The notes beneath the pieces were generated by a model. That model was not told the DNA's origin, did not search any database, and was given only the letters and a program-made list of their open reading frames with translations. A stretch of 64,000 nt of DNA from Mobula hypostoma. Lineage: Eukaryota. The stretch spans positions 246,762,001-246,826,000 of the forward strand of contig NC_086097.1 of assembly GCF_963921235.1 (NCBI RefSeq), read 5' to 3'. Shown here one piece after another: positions 1-10,715 of this stretch. Each line of letters starts with the position of its first letter. Position 1 is the stretch's first letter. Both the position numbers and the translations under genes were made by a program.

Positions 1-154
1 CTGACAACATTCCTAAGTGTAATTCTGTTAGTATCAGAGTCTTAGAGCACTACAGCACAGACACAAACCCTTTGGCCCATCTAGTCACGCTACCCATCTC
101 AGTACCAGGGTAGAGTAGCAGTTAGCACAATGCTATTTCACCACTGGGGCAGTC

Positions 155-1376
155 TATAGAGAGGAACAGGTGGACGTTATTTACTTGGATTTCCAGAAGG
201 CGTTTGAAAAGGTGCCACATGAAACACTTATCCATAAGATAAGGATGCATAGAGTTGGGGTGATGTATTAGCACGGATAGAGGATTGGTTAACCAATAGA
301 AAGCAGAGAGTGAGGATACATGGGTGTTACTCTGATTGGGAATCAGTGGTGAGTGGTGTGCTGCAGGGGTCGCTGCTAGACCCACAACTATTCACAATAT
401 ACATTAACGATCTGGAAGAGGGGACCGAGTGTAGTGTATCTAAGCTTGCTGATGACACGAAATTGAGTGGAAAAGCAAATTGTGCAGAAGATACGGAGAG
501 TCTGCAGAGAGATGTAGATAGGTTAAGTGAGTGGGCAAGGGTCTGGCAGATCGAGTACAATGTTGATAAATGTGAAGTCATCCACTTTGAAAGGAAAAAT
601 GGAAGAGCAGATTATTATTTAAATGGTAAAAGATTGCAGCATGCTGCTGTGCAGAGGGACTTGGAAGTGCTTGTGCATGAATCACAAAAGGTTGGTTTGC
701 AGGTGCAGCAGGCTGTCAAGAAGGCAAATGGGATGTTGGCCTTCATTGCTAGAAGGATTGAATTTAAGAGCAATGGGGTTTATGTTGCAACTGTACAGAG
801 TACTGTTGAAGCCACATATGGAATACTGCATGTAATTCTGGTCTCCTTACTTGAGGAAGGATGGACTGGCGTTGGAGGCAGCGCAGAGGAGGTTCACCAG
901 ACTGGTTCCAGAGGTGAGGGGGTTAGACTATGAGGAGAGATTGAGTCGCCTCGGACTGTACTCACTGGAATCCAGAAGAATGAGAGGAGATCTTATAGAA
1001 ACATATAAAATTATAAAAGGGATAGATAAGATAGAGGCAGGAAAGTTGTTCCCACTGGTAGGTGAGACTAGAACCAGGGGATATAGCCTCAAGATTCAGG
1101 GGAGTAGATTTAGGACAGAGATGAGGAGGAACTGCTTTTCCCATAGAGTGGTGAATCTGTGGAATTCTCTGCCCAATGAAGCAGTGGAGGCTACCTCAGT
1201 AAATATATTTGAGACAAAGTTGGATAGAATTTTGCATGGTAGGGGAATTAAGTGTTATGGGGAAAAGGCAGGTAGGTGGAGATGAGTCCATGGTCAGATC
1301 AGCCATGATCTTATTGAATGGCAGAGCAGGCTTGACGGGACAGATGGCCGACTCCTGCCCCTATTTCTTATGTTCA
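155..1376 (+). mobile_element. CR1-clade LINE (HER1-like), 5'-truncated: RT domain and 3' UTR, decayed
   Basis: Encodes YLDFQKAFEKVPH, SGVLQGSLL, YINDLEEG, LADDTKL and RTRGYSLK in broken frames (ORFs 310..933, 851..1285). CR1-type tail ...CCTATTTCTTATGTTC. Confidence 0.93.
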
Positions 1377-1379
1377 GCC

Positions 1380-1522
1380 AGCTCCTTACACACTTTCCAT
1401 CCATGTTGGGTTAAGCATCAAGCTAGCAACTCAGCTTTGTAAAAAAAACAGACAAAAGTGCTAAAGAAATGGCAAGGATGCCACCCGATGCACCACAAGG
1501 CACGGAAAGGAATAACAACAAC
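1380..1522 (+). mobile_element. SINE-like fragment sharing a core with the SINE at 5395
   Basis: AGCTAGCAACTC(A/G)GC core is also at ~5481. Ends in an (AAC)n-like tail. Confidence 0.5.
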
Positions 1523-1817
1523 CGCTCTGTATAAAAAAACCTACTTGATATCCTACAAAGTTTAAATTTTTTAAGATTAAAAAGATTTGCGGAACTGGAG
1601 CCAAATTTGTAAAGAATGCTTAATCACAGGGTATAGGTCTAAATTAGTAACTTTAGCTAATTGTATAGTAGATAGAGTTAACGTGTCAAGCTAGAGGTAA
1701 TGTATCAGAACTCTGCTGATTTTGACAAAGCATCGCTGACCTGAAAGATTTGCTCTGTTTCTCTTTCCATGGATGCTACCTAGCCTGTTGAGTGTTTCCA
1801 ACAATTTTTGTTTCAAC

Positions 1818-2070
1818 TTTATTTATTTATAGATACAGCGCAGAACAAAGCCTTGTGGCCCTTTGAGCCACACTGCCCAGCAACCCTACCCTAACACTAT
1901 CCGAATCACAGGACTGTTTACAATGACCAATTCACCTACCAACCTGTACATCTTTTGACTGTGGGAGGAAACCCATACAGTCACGGTAAGAATGTACAAA
2001 CTTCCTTACAGAGGACTCTGGAATTAGAATTGAAGTCCGACACCCTGAGCTGTAACAGCGTCATGCTAAT
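1818..2070 (-). mobile_element. tRNA-derived SINE (HE1/V-SINE-like) with CR1-type tail
   Basis: GACTGTGGGAGGAAACC...GTACAAACTTCCTTACAGA core recurs at ~27170 (+), ~39610 (-) and ~47800 (-). Confidence 0.65.
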
Positions 2071-2319
2071 CAATGATCTAACAAAGTTGCCTTTACTGCA
2101 CAGCCGAGATCGAAGTTTACCAACAATAATTCATGTTTGCAGGCTGCTGGATTTCTTAAATGCGCTAAAGCCTATGAAAAAAATCATGCTCTATCTCCAG
2201 CAAAAAAAATCACTGAACACTTTTTCCTGTTACCCTCAAAATGCCTCCTTTCACCATTTGGTACTTGAGAGTCTGCGGACTCCCAATCTCTCTATGCTCT
2301 GCCATGTCACCTCCACAAC

Positions 2320-2752
2320 CTCTCAACACATCACCAGCACCAGCCTACCTACCATTAAGGGCATATATACAGGAAGGTGCTACAAAATGCCAGCAATTCC
2401 ATGAAGGATCCTACCCGCCCTGCTCATGGCCTGTCTGTCCCATTCCCATCAGGGAGGAGGCTGCACGGCATCCATACCAGGACCACCAGACTCAAAAGCA
2501 GTTATTTTCTCCAGGCAGTAAGGCTGATCAACACACTTGCTGAAAGTCACCTTATGTACAGACCCTCCTGCGACTGGCGTCACTTTATGGACATACAGTC
2601 TATGTATATAACCAATCATTTGTATTTATATTTATTTTGGTTTTTATTATTGTGTTCTTCATTTTATTGAGGGTTTTTGTGCTGCATCGGATCCGGAGTA
2701 ACAATTATTTTATTCTCTTGTATTCTGGAAATCACATTAAACAATTTTGAAT
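2320..2752 (+). mobile_element. Rex1/Babar-clade LINE 3' fragment
   Basis: KDPTRPAHGLSVPFPSGRRLHGIHTRTTRLKSSYF C-terminal signature (ORF 2377..2670), followed by 3' UTR. Confidence 0.85.
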
Positions 2753-2951
2753 CAGTACTGCTAAGTAAACAGACTCTCACATCAGACAGCTTTCTCCAGC
2801 ATTTTTGTGGATCCACACCACAAACCCTGAAAACTGAAATAGCCAGACGACTGAAATCACTTGGAACTGCTTCAGAAAGGTCTGACTGGGCAGGATCCAA
2901 ATTCCTGGAGCTTTGCTGGGTGAGGAATTATTCTGAAGAATGAGAAATAGG

Positions 2952-3598
2952 TGTAAGGGGTTTCTTCTTTCATGTTATTTGCTAAGGCTAATCAAATGGC
3001 TTCTCTGTAGTGTTATAATAAAATGGCTTCTCTGTAATGTTAACTGCTGAGGTAAGGGGTTCTCTGTAGCAGCATGTTTGGGTTATAATCAGTGATAACG
3101 GGACTTGTATTCATTTGCAAACCAATTGGGATAGATGTTATTCTTTCTTGTGTGTGTGAAAGCTGTTGTTTGCGTGGGATTTGGGGAGAACGTGCCACAG
3201 GGATGAAGAGAGAAGACGCATACGAAGAGATGCTGTGAGCTGGCTAGCGGAGCCGACCGCGAGCGGGGGCTCGGGACCCGTGGAGTTCGGAGGAAATCGT
3301 ATGGTGGACCGAGGATACTGCGTGAGCTCCAACAAGTTACTTGTGCTCGAACTGTCTAATTATTATTCTTGGCGCCTTTTTATTTTATATTTTGCTTCTC
3401 TACTAATCCCATAGGTCAAGTAAGAGTTATAAAATCTTATTTATTTAACCACATCCTGTGCACGGCTTGTCATTACAGGGTACTGATTTGAAACAGGGGA
3501 CACATCGCACAGCATTCACCCAAACAAGAGTTCTAAGGTTTGGCCGGGCAGGGGGTTATCACCCCGAGATCATGCCACTAGGCAAAGCGAGTGTTACA
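2952..3598. mobile_element. Solo LTR (647 bp, Gypsy/ERV-type termini)
   Basis: Termini TGTAA...TTACA with a perfect 4-bp TSD, TAGG at 2948-2951 and 3599-3602. No coding capacity. Short internal repeats AAATGGCTTCTCTGTA. Confidence 0.85.
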
Positions 3599-3667
3599 TA
3601 GGGAAAGTAACACACACGAAATACTGGTGAACTCAAGCAGGCCAGGCACCATCTATGGAAAACAGTA

Positions 3668-3705
3668 CGGTTGACATTTCGGACCGAGACCCTTCAGCAG
3701 GACTG
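3668..3705 (-). ncRNA. Minimal type I hammerhead ribozyme motif, A6C variant, partly decayed
   Basis: Minus strand reads CAGTC CTGCTGA AGGGTCTCGGTCC GAAATGTC AACCG. Confidence 0.65.
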
Positions 3706-4751
3706 GAGAAAAAGATGAGGAGTAGAGTAAAAGGTGGGGGGGGGGGTGGAGAAACACAAGGCTGATGAGACCACACCCAAGTTGGAAGAACAACACCTTA
3801 TATTTCGTCTGGTTAGCCTCCAACCTGATGGCATGAAACCGGGAGGGGGGAGGGGTGAAGAAAAGAGCTGGGAAGTTAATTGGTGAAAGAGATACTGGGC
3901 TAAAGAAGGGGGGATCTGATAGAAGTCAGAAAGAAAAAGCAGGGGAGGCGCACCAAAGGGAGGTAATGGGCAGGCAAACAGATAAGGTGAGAAGGGGAAA
4001 AGGGGATGGAAAACAGTGAAGGGGGGGAACGGGGGGCATTAACGGAAGTTCAAGAAATCGATGTTCATGCCATCAGCTTGGAGGCTAACCAGACGAAATA
4101 TGAGGTGTTGTTCTTCCAACCAGAGTGTGGCCTCATCGCGAGAGTAGAGGAGGCCATGGATAGACATATCGGAATGGAAATGGGAAGTGGAATTAAAATG
4201 GGTGGCCACTGGGACATACCGCTTGTTCTGGCGGACGAAGCGTAGGTGCTCGGCAAAGTGGTCTCCCAATCTACGTCAGGTCTCACCAGGAGCACCAAGA
4301 AGCAGGATCTCCCAGTGGCCACCCATTTTAATTCCACTTCACATTCCAATATGTCTATCCATGGCCTCCGCTACTGTCACGATGAGGCCACACTCAGGTA
4401 AGAGGAACAACACCTTATATTCCATCTAGGTAGGCTCCAACCTGATGGCATATACATTGACCTCAAACTTCCGGTAATGTCCCTCCCCCCCCTTCACCAT
4501 TCCCCATCCCCTATTCCCTCTCTCACCTTATCTCCTTGCCTGCCCATCGCCTCCCTCTGGTGTTCCTTCCCGACTTTCTTCCTTCCATGACCTTCTACCT
4601 CTTATTAGATTCCCTCTTCTCCAGTCCTGTACTTCTTTCACCAATCAACTTCCCAGCTCTCTACAGCACCCCTCCTCCTCCCTGTTTCACCTATCACCTT
4701 GTGCTTCTCCCTCCCCTCCCCACATTATAAATCCACTTATCTCTTTTTCTC

Positions 4752-4789
4752 CAGTCTTGCTAAAGAGTCTCGGCCTGAAATGTCGACTG
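4752..4789 (+). ncRNA. Minimal hammerhead motif, decayed A6C variant
   Basis: CAGTC TTGCTAA AGAGTCTCGGCCT GAAATGTC GACTG. Stem I is intact. Confidence 0.55.
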
Positions 4790-4823
4790 TACCCTTTTCC
4801 TAGATGCTGCCTGATCTGCTGAG

Positions 4824-7449
4824 CTACATAGAAAACATACAGCACAATACTGGCCCTACAGCCCACAAAGCTGTGCCAAACATGTCCCTACCTTAGAACG
4901 ACCCAGGCTTTACCCATAGCATTCGATTTTTCTAAGCTCCATGTACCCATCCAGGAGTCTTTTAAAAGACCCTATCATTTCCACCTCCACCACCGGCAGC
5001 TCATTCCACACACTCCCTACTCTCTACATGAAAAACTTACCCCTGACATCTCCTCTGTACCTACTTCCAAGCACCTTAAAACGAGGCCCTCTTGTGCTAG
5101 CTACTTCAGCTCTGGGGAAAAGCCTCTGACTATCCACACAATCAATGCCTCTCATTATCTTGTACACCTCTCATCCTCCATCACTCCAAGGAGAAGAGGC
5201 CAAGTTCACTCAACCTATTCTCGTAAGGCATGCTCCCCAATCCAGGCAACATCCTTGTAAATCTCCTCTGCACTCTTTCTATGGTTTCCACGTCCTTCCT
5301 GTAGTGAGGCAACCAGAACTGAGCACAGTACTCCAAGTGGGGTCTGACCAGGGTCCTATATAGCTGCAACATTACCCCTTGGCTCTTAAACTCAGTGTCC
5401 CACTTGGTGGCGCAATAATATCAGCACCACGCTCCAGACCAAAGGTTCCCAAGTTCGAATCCAAGTCCGGTTGAGCGTTGAGCTAGCAACTCGGCCTCGT
5501 TAAAACAAGAATAGCTTGCTACAGAAGCACTGTCAAAAGACGGTGCCCCGATAACTCCACTGCCGAGTTAAGGGCTATAAATAAATAAAATCTTAAACTT
5601 AATCCCACGATTGATGAAGGCCAATACACTGTATGCCTTCTTAACCACACAGTCAACCTGCGTAGCAGCTTTGAGTGTCCTATAGACTCGGACCCCAAGA
5701 TTCCTCTGATCCTCCACACTGCCAAGAGTCTTACCATTAATGCTATATTCTGCCATCATATTTGACCTACCAAAATGAACCACCTCACACTTATCTGGAT
5801 TGAACTCCATCTGCCACTTCTCAGCCCAGTTTTGCATCCTATCAATGTCCCGTTGTAACCTCTGACAGCCCTCCACACTATCCACAACACCCCCAACCTT
5901 TGTGTCATCAGCAAATTCACCAACCCATCCCTCCACTTCCTCATCCAGGTCATTTATAAAAATCACAAAGAGTAGGGGTCCCAGAACAGATCCCTGAGAC
6001 ACACCACTGGTCACTGGCCTCCATGCAGAATATAACCTGTCTCTGCCTTCTGTGGGCAAGCCAGTTCTGGATCCACAAAGCAATGTCCTCTTGGATCCCG
6101 TGCCTCCTTACTTTCTCAATAAGCCTTGCATGGGGTACCTTATCAAATGCCTTGCTCAAATCCATCTACGGCTCTACCTTCATCAATGTGTTTAGTCACA
6201 TCCTCAAAAAATTCAATCAGTCTCGTAAGGCACAACCTGCCTTTGACAAAGCTATGCTGACTATTCCTAATCATATTATGCCTCTCAGGATCTTCTCCAT
6301 CAATTTACCAACTACTGATGTCAGACTCACTGGCCTATAATTTCCTGGGCTATCCCTACTCCCTTTCTTGAATAGAGGAACAATATCCACAACCCTCCAA
6401 TCCTCCAGAACCTCTCCCATCCTCATTGATGATGCAAAGATCATTGCCAGAGGCTCAGCAATCTCCTCCCTCGCTTCCCACAGTAGTCTGGGGTACATCC
6501 CATCCAGTCCTGGTGACTTACCCAACTTGATGCTTTCCAAAAACTCCAGTACATCCTCTTTCTTAATATCCACATGCTCAAGCTTTTCAGTCCACTGCAA
6601 GTCATCCCTACAATCGCCAAGATCCTTTTCCGTCGTGAATACTGAAGTATTCATTAAGTACCTGCGCTATTTCCTCCGGTTCCATACACTTTTCCATTGT
6701 CACACTTGATTGGTCCTATTCTCTCACGTCTTATCCTCTTGCTCTTCACATATTTATGAAATGCCTTGGGGTTTTCCTTAATCCTGTCCGCCAAGGCCTT
6801 CTCATGGCCCCTTCTGGCTCTCCTAATCTCATTCTTAAGCTCCTTCCTGCTTGCCTTACAACCTTCTCAATTCATATCATTACCTAGTTTTTTTTTTAAC
6901 CTTCTGTAAACTCTTCTTCTTGACTAGATTTACAACAGCCATTGTGCACCGTGGATCTTGTACCCTACCATGCTTTCCATGTCTCATTGGAACATACCTA
7001 CTTAGAAGCCCACACAAATATCCCCTGAACATTTGCCACATTTCTTCGGTACATTTGCCTGCGAACATCTGTTTCCAATTTATGTTTCCAAGTTCCTGCC
7101 TGATAGCCTCATAGTTCCCCTTACTCCAATTAAACATTTCCCTAACTTGTCTGTTCCTACCCCTATCCAATGCTATAGTAAAGGAGATTAAATTGTGATC
7201 ATTATCTCCAAAATGCTGTCCTACTGAGAGATCTGACACCTGACCCAGTTCATTTCCCAATACCAGATCAAGTACAGCCTCTCCTCTTGTAGGCTTATCT
7301 ACATATTGTGTCAAGAAACCTTCCTGAACGCACCTAACAAACTCAACCCCATCTAAACCCCTCACTCTAGGGAGATGCCAATCAATATTTGGGAAATTAA
7401 AATCTCCCACCACAACAACCCTGTTATTATTACTCCTTTCCAGAATCTG
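4824..7449 (-). mobile_element. CR1 LINE (endonuclease C-terminal part, RT, 3' UTR) inserted into the PLE terminus
   Basis: ORFs 6880..7461 (VVVGDFNFPNIDW), 6271..6654 (NYRPVSLTSVVGK), 5568..6083 (FADDTK). The PLE motif CTGCTGAG|TTCCTCC is split at 4823/7450. Confidence 0.93.
5395..5590 (+). mobile_element. Full-length tRNA-derived SINE with TSD
   Basis: A-box-like TGGTGGCGCAAT, B-box GTTCGAATC and (ATAA)n tail. 11-bp TSD TCTTAAACT(C/T)A at 5384-5394 and 5591-5601. Interrupts the CR1 RT. Confidence 0.85.
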
Positions 7450-8148
7450 TTCCTCCTGCATTTTGTGTGCGTTCCTTAGATTTCCAACACCTCAGATTTC
7501 CTCATCAGAAATAGGGAAAGGTTCGCTTAGCAAGCCATTGCAGAGCATTTTGCCCACAGACTCCACACAATAAGGTGCAGTCAACTTCCACTGAAGATGC
7601 ATTGAAATTTTCAAGCTCCACTCTGCACCCCCAGCCAGATGTTCTGTTGTAGAGAACAAATTCTACCCTCCTGAGTCAAAGGTGCTGCTAGACCAGGACA
7701 ATATCCCAAGCACCATCAATCTACAGGCCATGGACTCAGGGACCTGGGCTATATTATTTCTTGTGACTATGTTTTTCTGTAATTGTAACTCTATGTGCTG
7801 TTGGTACTGTGTTTTGCATCTTGGCCCCAGAGGAATCTGTTTCGTTTGGCTGTATTCATGCATGGTTGAACTCAGCACATGGAAACTCCTACGCTGGATT
7901 AATAGGAACTTTCTCCTAAGCAGCAAACTTGTCGTACAGCAGCAGAGCATCCAGAACTGCCTGTCTCACCGTGGGAGTGGGTGAGGTGGGAGCTGGAGGA
8001 TCTGAGGGAGGAGGTGTAGTGGGATGAGGAGAGTTGAGGGAGGTTCGGGGAGTTTGAGAGTTGAGGGAGGCTGACTGAGGTTGTTAAGGATGATCGGAGT
8101 GGTTGAGCGGACTCCCCGGGACACGGGCCTTCCGCTGCCCGGCCCTAC

Positions 8149-8218
8149 CTGCGCTCAGCCGCCGCCAGACCCAACGCCAGCCCGCTCCTGCTCCCGCCGC
8201 CGCCCGCCTCCGCAGCAT
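8149..8218 (-). CDS. SUGCT: First coding exon, probably succinyl-CoA:glutarate CoA-transferase (mitochondrial presequence)
   Basis: ATG at 8218 (GAGGAGATGC) follows an in-frame upstream stop at ~8258. Encodes MLRRRAAAGAGAGWRWVWRRLSA (Arg-rich, no acidic residues), then a phase-1 donor CAG|GTAGGG. Lies in the CpG island, on the same strand as and downstream of CDK13, as SUGCT does in human. Identity rests on synteny and peptide character, not on a conserved domain. Confidence 0.65.
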
Positions 8219-8231
8219 CTCCTCGCCGGAA

Positions 8232-8309
8232 ATGGCCGCCGTCCGCCGGTGGCGATCTCACCACAAACCGGAAAGGTGCACCGCGGAAACAGGACCGACC
8301 CGGTGGCGG
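8232..8309 (+). other. Candidate first exon of a divergent transcript (identity unknown)
   Basis: Consensus donor CGG|GTGAGT at 8309/8310. Optional ATG at 8232 gives MAAVRRWRSHHKPERCTAETGPTRWR, which I do not recognise. The 5' boundary is uncertain. Confidence 0.4.
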
Positions 8310-8361
8310 GTGAGTGTGGGGAGCTCGCTGGCGGAGGCAGGGTGAGGGGTGACCGCGGGGG

Positions 8362-8765
8362 ATGACGGCGTGCGCGCGGCCGCGGGGAGGGATGAGGGCG
8401 AGCGCGCAGGGTGGGATAGGGACGGGCGCGCGGCCGCGGGGTGAGATGGGGACGAGCGCGCGGCCGCGGGATGGGATAGGGACGAACGCGCGGCCCTGGG
8501 GTGGGATGAGGGCGAGCGCGCGGCCACGGGAGGAGTTGGGGACGAGCGCGCGGCCGCGGGGTGAGATGGGGACGAGCGCGCGGCCGCGGGATGGGATAGG
8601 GACGAACGCGCGGCCCCGGGGTTGGATGAGGGCGAGCGCGCGAACGCGGGAGGAGTTGGGGACGAGCGCGCGGCCGCGGGAGGAAATGGGGACGAGCGCG
8701 CGGCCGCGGGAGGAGATGGGGACGAGCGCGCGGCCGCGGGAGGAGATGAGGGCGTGCGCGCGGCT
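8362..8765. repeat. GC-rich 30-bp minisatellite with a 120-bp higher-order repeat
   Basis: Unit ~GGGACGAGCGCGCGGCCGCGGGAGGAGATG, about 13 copies. A block of four variant units is repeated at ~8431-8550 and ~8551-8670. Confidence 0.95.
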
Positions 8766-9134
8766 GGTGGCGGGACCATGCAGAGCGGACGACTCGATGA
8801 GGCGGCGTCCAGTGTGGGATGTCGCAGAGCTTCTGGGTGAGAGGGGGGAGGAAAGAGTCAAGGTTGTTTAATGTCACTTCCAGTCCACAAGTGCAAAGGA
8901 GAATGAAATAATTTTTAATCTGGATCCAATGCAGCACAAAAAAACGCAATAGCATGAAGAAGCCCTGGAGAAGGATCGCAGCCCAAAACATCCACTGTTT
9001 GTTCATTTCCATAGACGCTGCCTGACCTGCTGAGTTCTTCTGGCATTTTGTGTGTGTTGCTTTGGATGTCCAACATCTGCAGCCTTTCTTGTGTCCATAA
9101 AATAAAGAACTTAACAAAAATAACAAAAAAAAGC

Positions 9135-9520
9135 ACACAGTAACCTACAGATTGGGTGGCAAAATGGAGATACATCTTTACCAAAGGAGGTGTAAGGTGA
9201 TCCTTCTCTCCACTGGCCTGCAGGTCACCCATGGGCAAGGTATAGCACCTGCTCAGCCTTCAACACGATCAGGGTCATGTGAAACCATAGGAGCAGGTGT
9301 TGGATGGTCGTATGAGCAGCTGGTGCATATCACAAGTCCTGGTTATGTGACCACTGACACCAGGCAGACAATCTCTGAAGACTATTGAAGAATATCTCTG
9401 AAGAATACCTGTCTTGTAAAGATACTGCCCAGAAGAAAGTAATGGCAAACCACTTCTGGAGAAAAAATTGCCAGGAACAATCATGATCATGGGAAGACTG
9501 TTACTACCCACAATGTACGA
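9135..9520 (+). mobile_element. Probable RTE-related short non-autonomous element
   Basis: GGTCACCCATGGGCAAGG motif and an RTE-type 3' end (GGCAAACCACTTCTG...AATCATGATCATGG). Recognised by motif only. Confidence 0.45.
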
Positions 9521-9654
9521 AAGTGGAAAATTGCAAATGTCACTCCACTCTTCAAGAAGGGAGAGAAGCAGATGAAAGTTGGTTTGACCTCAGTGGTTGG
9601 GAAGATGTTAGACCATAAGACAAAGGAGCAGAATTAGGTGATTTGGCCCATTGA

Positions 9655-10715
9655 GAAAAGGAAGGTGGAGGGGCACCAGGCAGAAGTGATAGGCAGGTGA
9701 GGAGAAAAGGTAAGGGGGCAGAAAGGGAAACTGAAGAAGGGGGGGGCGGGGGGAATTACCAGAAGTTGGAGAAATTGATGTTTATGCCATCAGGTTGGAG
9801 ACTATTTTGATGAAATATAAGGTGTTACTCCTCCAACCTAAGAATGACCACATCATGGCAAAAGAGGAGGCCATGTACCGACGTGTTGGAATGGGAATGG
9901 GGTTTGACTTAATATAGTTGGCCACCAAGAAATCCTGCTTTTTGTAAATGGAGTAAAGGTACTCAACAAAGCAGTCCCCCAGTCTATGTTGGATTTCACC
10001 AACGTAGAGAAGGCTGCTTCGGGATCACCGGACACCATGGATGGCCCCAGAAGATTTGCAGGTGAAGTGTTGCCTCAGGTGAGGAGGAGTGAATGGGCAG
10101 GCGTTGCACTTCTTTAGAAGAATGAGGAGAGACCTTATAGAAACATTTCGAATGTTGAAAGGCATGGACAGAGTGGACGTGGCAAAGTTGTTTCCCATGA
10201 TGGGGGAGTCTAGTACAAGAGGGAATGACTTAAGGATTGAAGGGCGCCCATTCAGAACAGAAATGCGAAGAAATTTTTTTAGTCAGAGGTTGGTGAATCT
10301 ATGGAATTTGTTGCCACAGGCGGCAGTGGAAGTCAACTCATTGGTGTATTTAAGGCAGAGATTGATAGGTATCTGAGTAGCCAGGGCATCAAAGGTTATG
10401 GTGAGAAGGCGAGGGAGTGGGACTAAATGGGAGAATGGATCAGCTCATGATAAAATGGCGGAGCAGACTCGATGGGCTGAATGGCCAACTTCTGCTCCTT
10501 TGTCTTATGGTCTTTTGCATGCAGGGATAAATAGATTAGTGGGGAGGGATGGACAGACAAAGGAATCACGGAAGGAGCGATCCCTACAGAAAGTGGAGAG
10601 TTGGGATGGGGGAAGTAAGGTAAAGGTATGTTTCGGTGTTGGATCCCACTGAAGATGGTGGGATTTCCAAAGGATGGTGTGTTTAATGCAGACACTCATG
10701 GAGTGGTAGATGAGA
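9655..10715 (-). mobile_element. Penelope-like element fragment (GIY-YIG region) interrupted by a CR1 3' end (+, ~10113-10515)
   Basis: The PLE sequence (GCAGGTGAAGTGTTGCCTCA, TTTATGCCATCAGGTTGGAG) resumes after a CR1 tail encoding RRMRRDLIETF. Confidence 0.8.

Larger units (their letters stand above)
3608..7506. mobile_element. Penelope-like element with inverted arms (minus arm ~3608-4287; plus arm ~4290-4823 resuming at 7450-7506)
   Basis: GIY-YIG C-terminal motifs (GDHFAEHL, PVATHFNSTSH, EEQHLIFRL, GMNIDF) occur on both strands. Each arm ends in the hammerhead plus GATGCTGCCTG..CTGCTGAG terminus. Flanked by a 14-bp TSD, AGAAATAGGGAAAG, whose left copy is split by the LTR. Confidence 0.85.
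8100..8820. promoter_or_regulatory. CpG island, probable bidirectional promoter
   Basis: The only strongly CpG-rich host segment in the window. ETS+YY1-like composite CCGGAAATGGCCGCC at 8226-8240 and a second CCGGAA at 8268. Strong splice donors face outward on both strands (8148 minus, 8310 plus). Confidence 0.8.

Noticed and set aside
1..35. Minus-strand TACTAAC and CAG at the window edge as the SUGCT exon 2 acceptor
   Set aside because: Weak pyrimidine tract, intervening AGs, and no exon sequence visible in the window to test it.
5395..5470. tRNA gene (A/B boxes, GTTCGAATC)
   Set aside because: No complete cloverleaf. It is the head of a TSD-flanked SINE.
8145..9138. Long ORFs (169-327 aa) on both strands across the CpG island
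   Set aside because: They are open only because the GC-rich 30-bp repeat lacks stop codons. The translations are simple 10-residue repeats.
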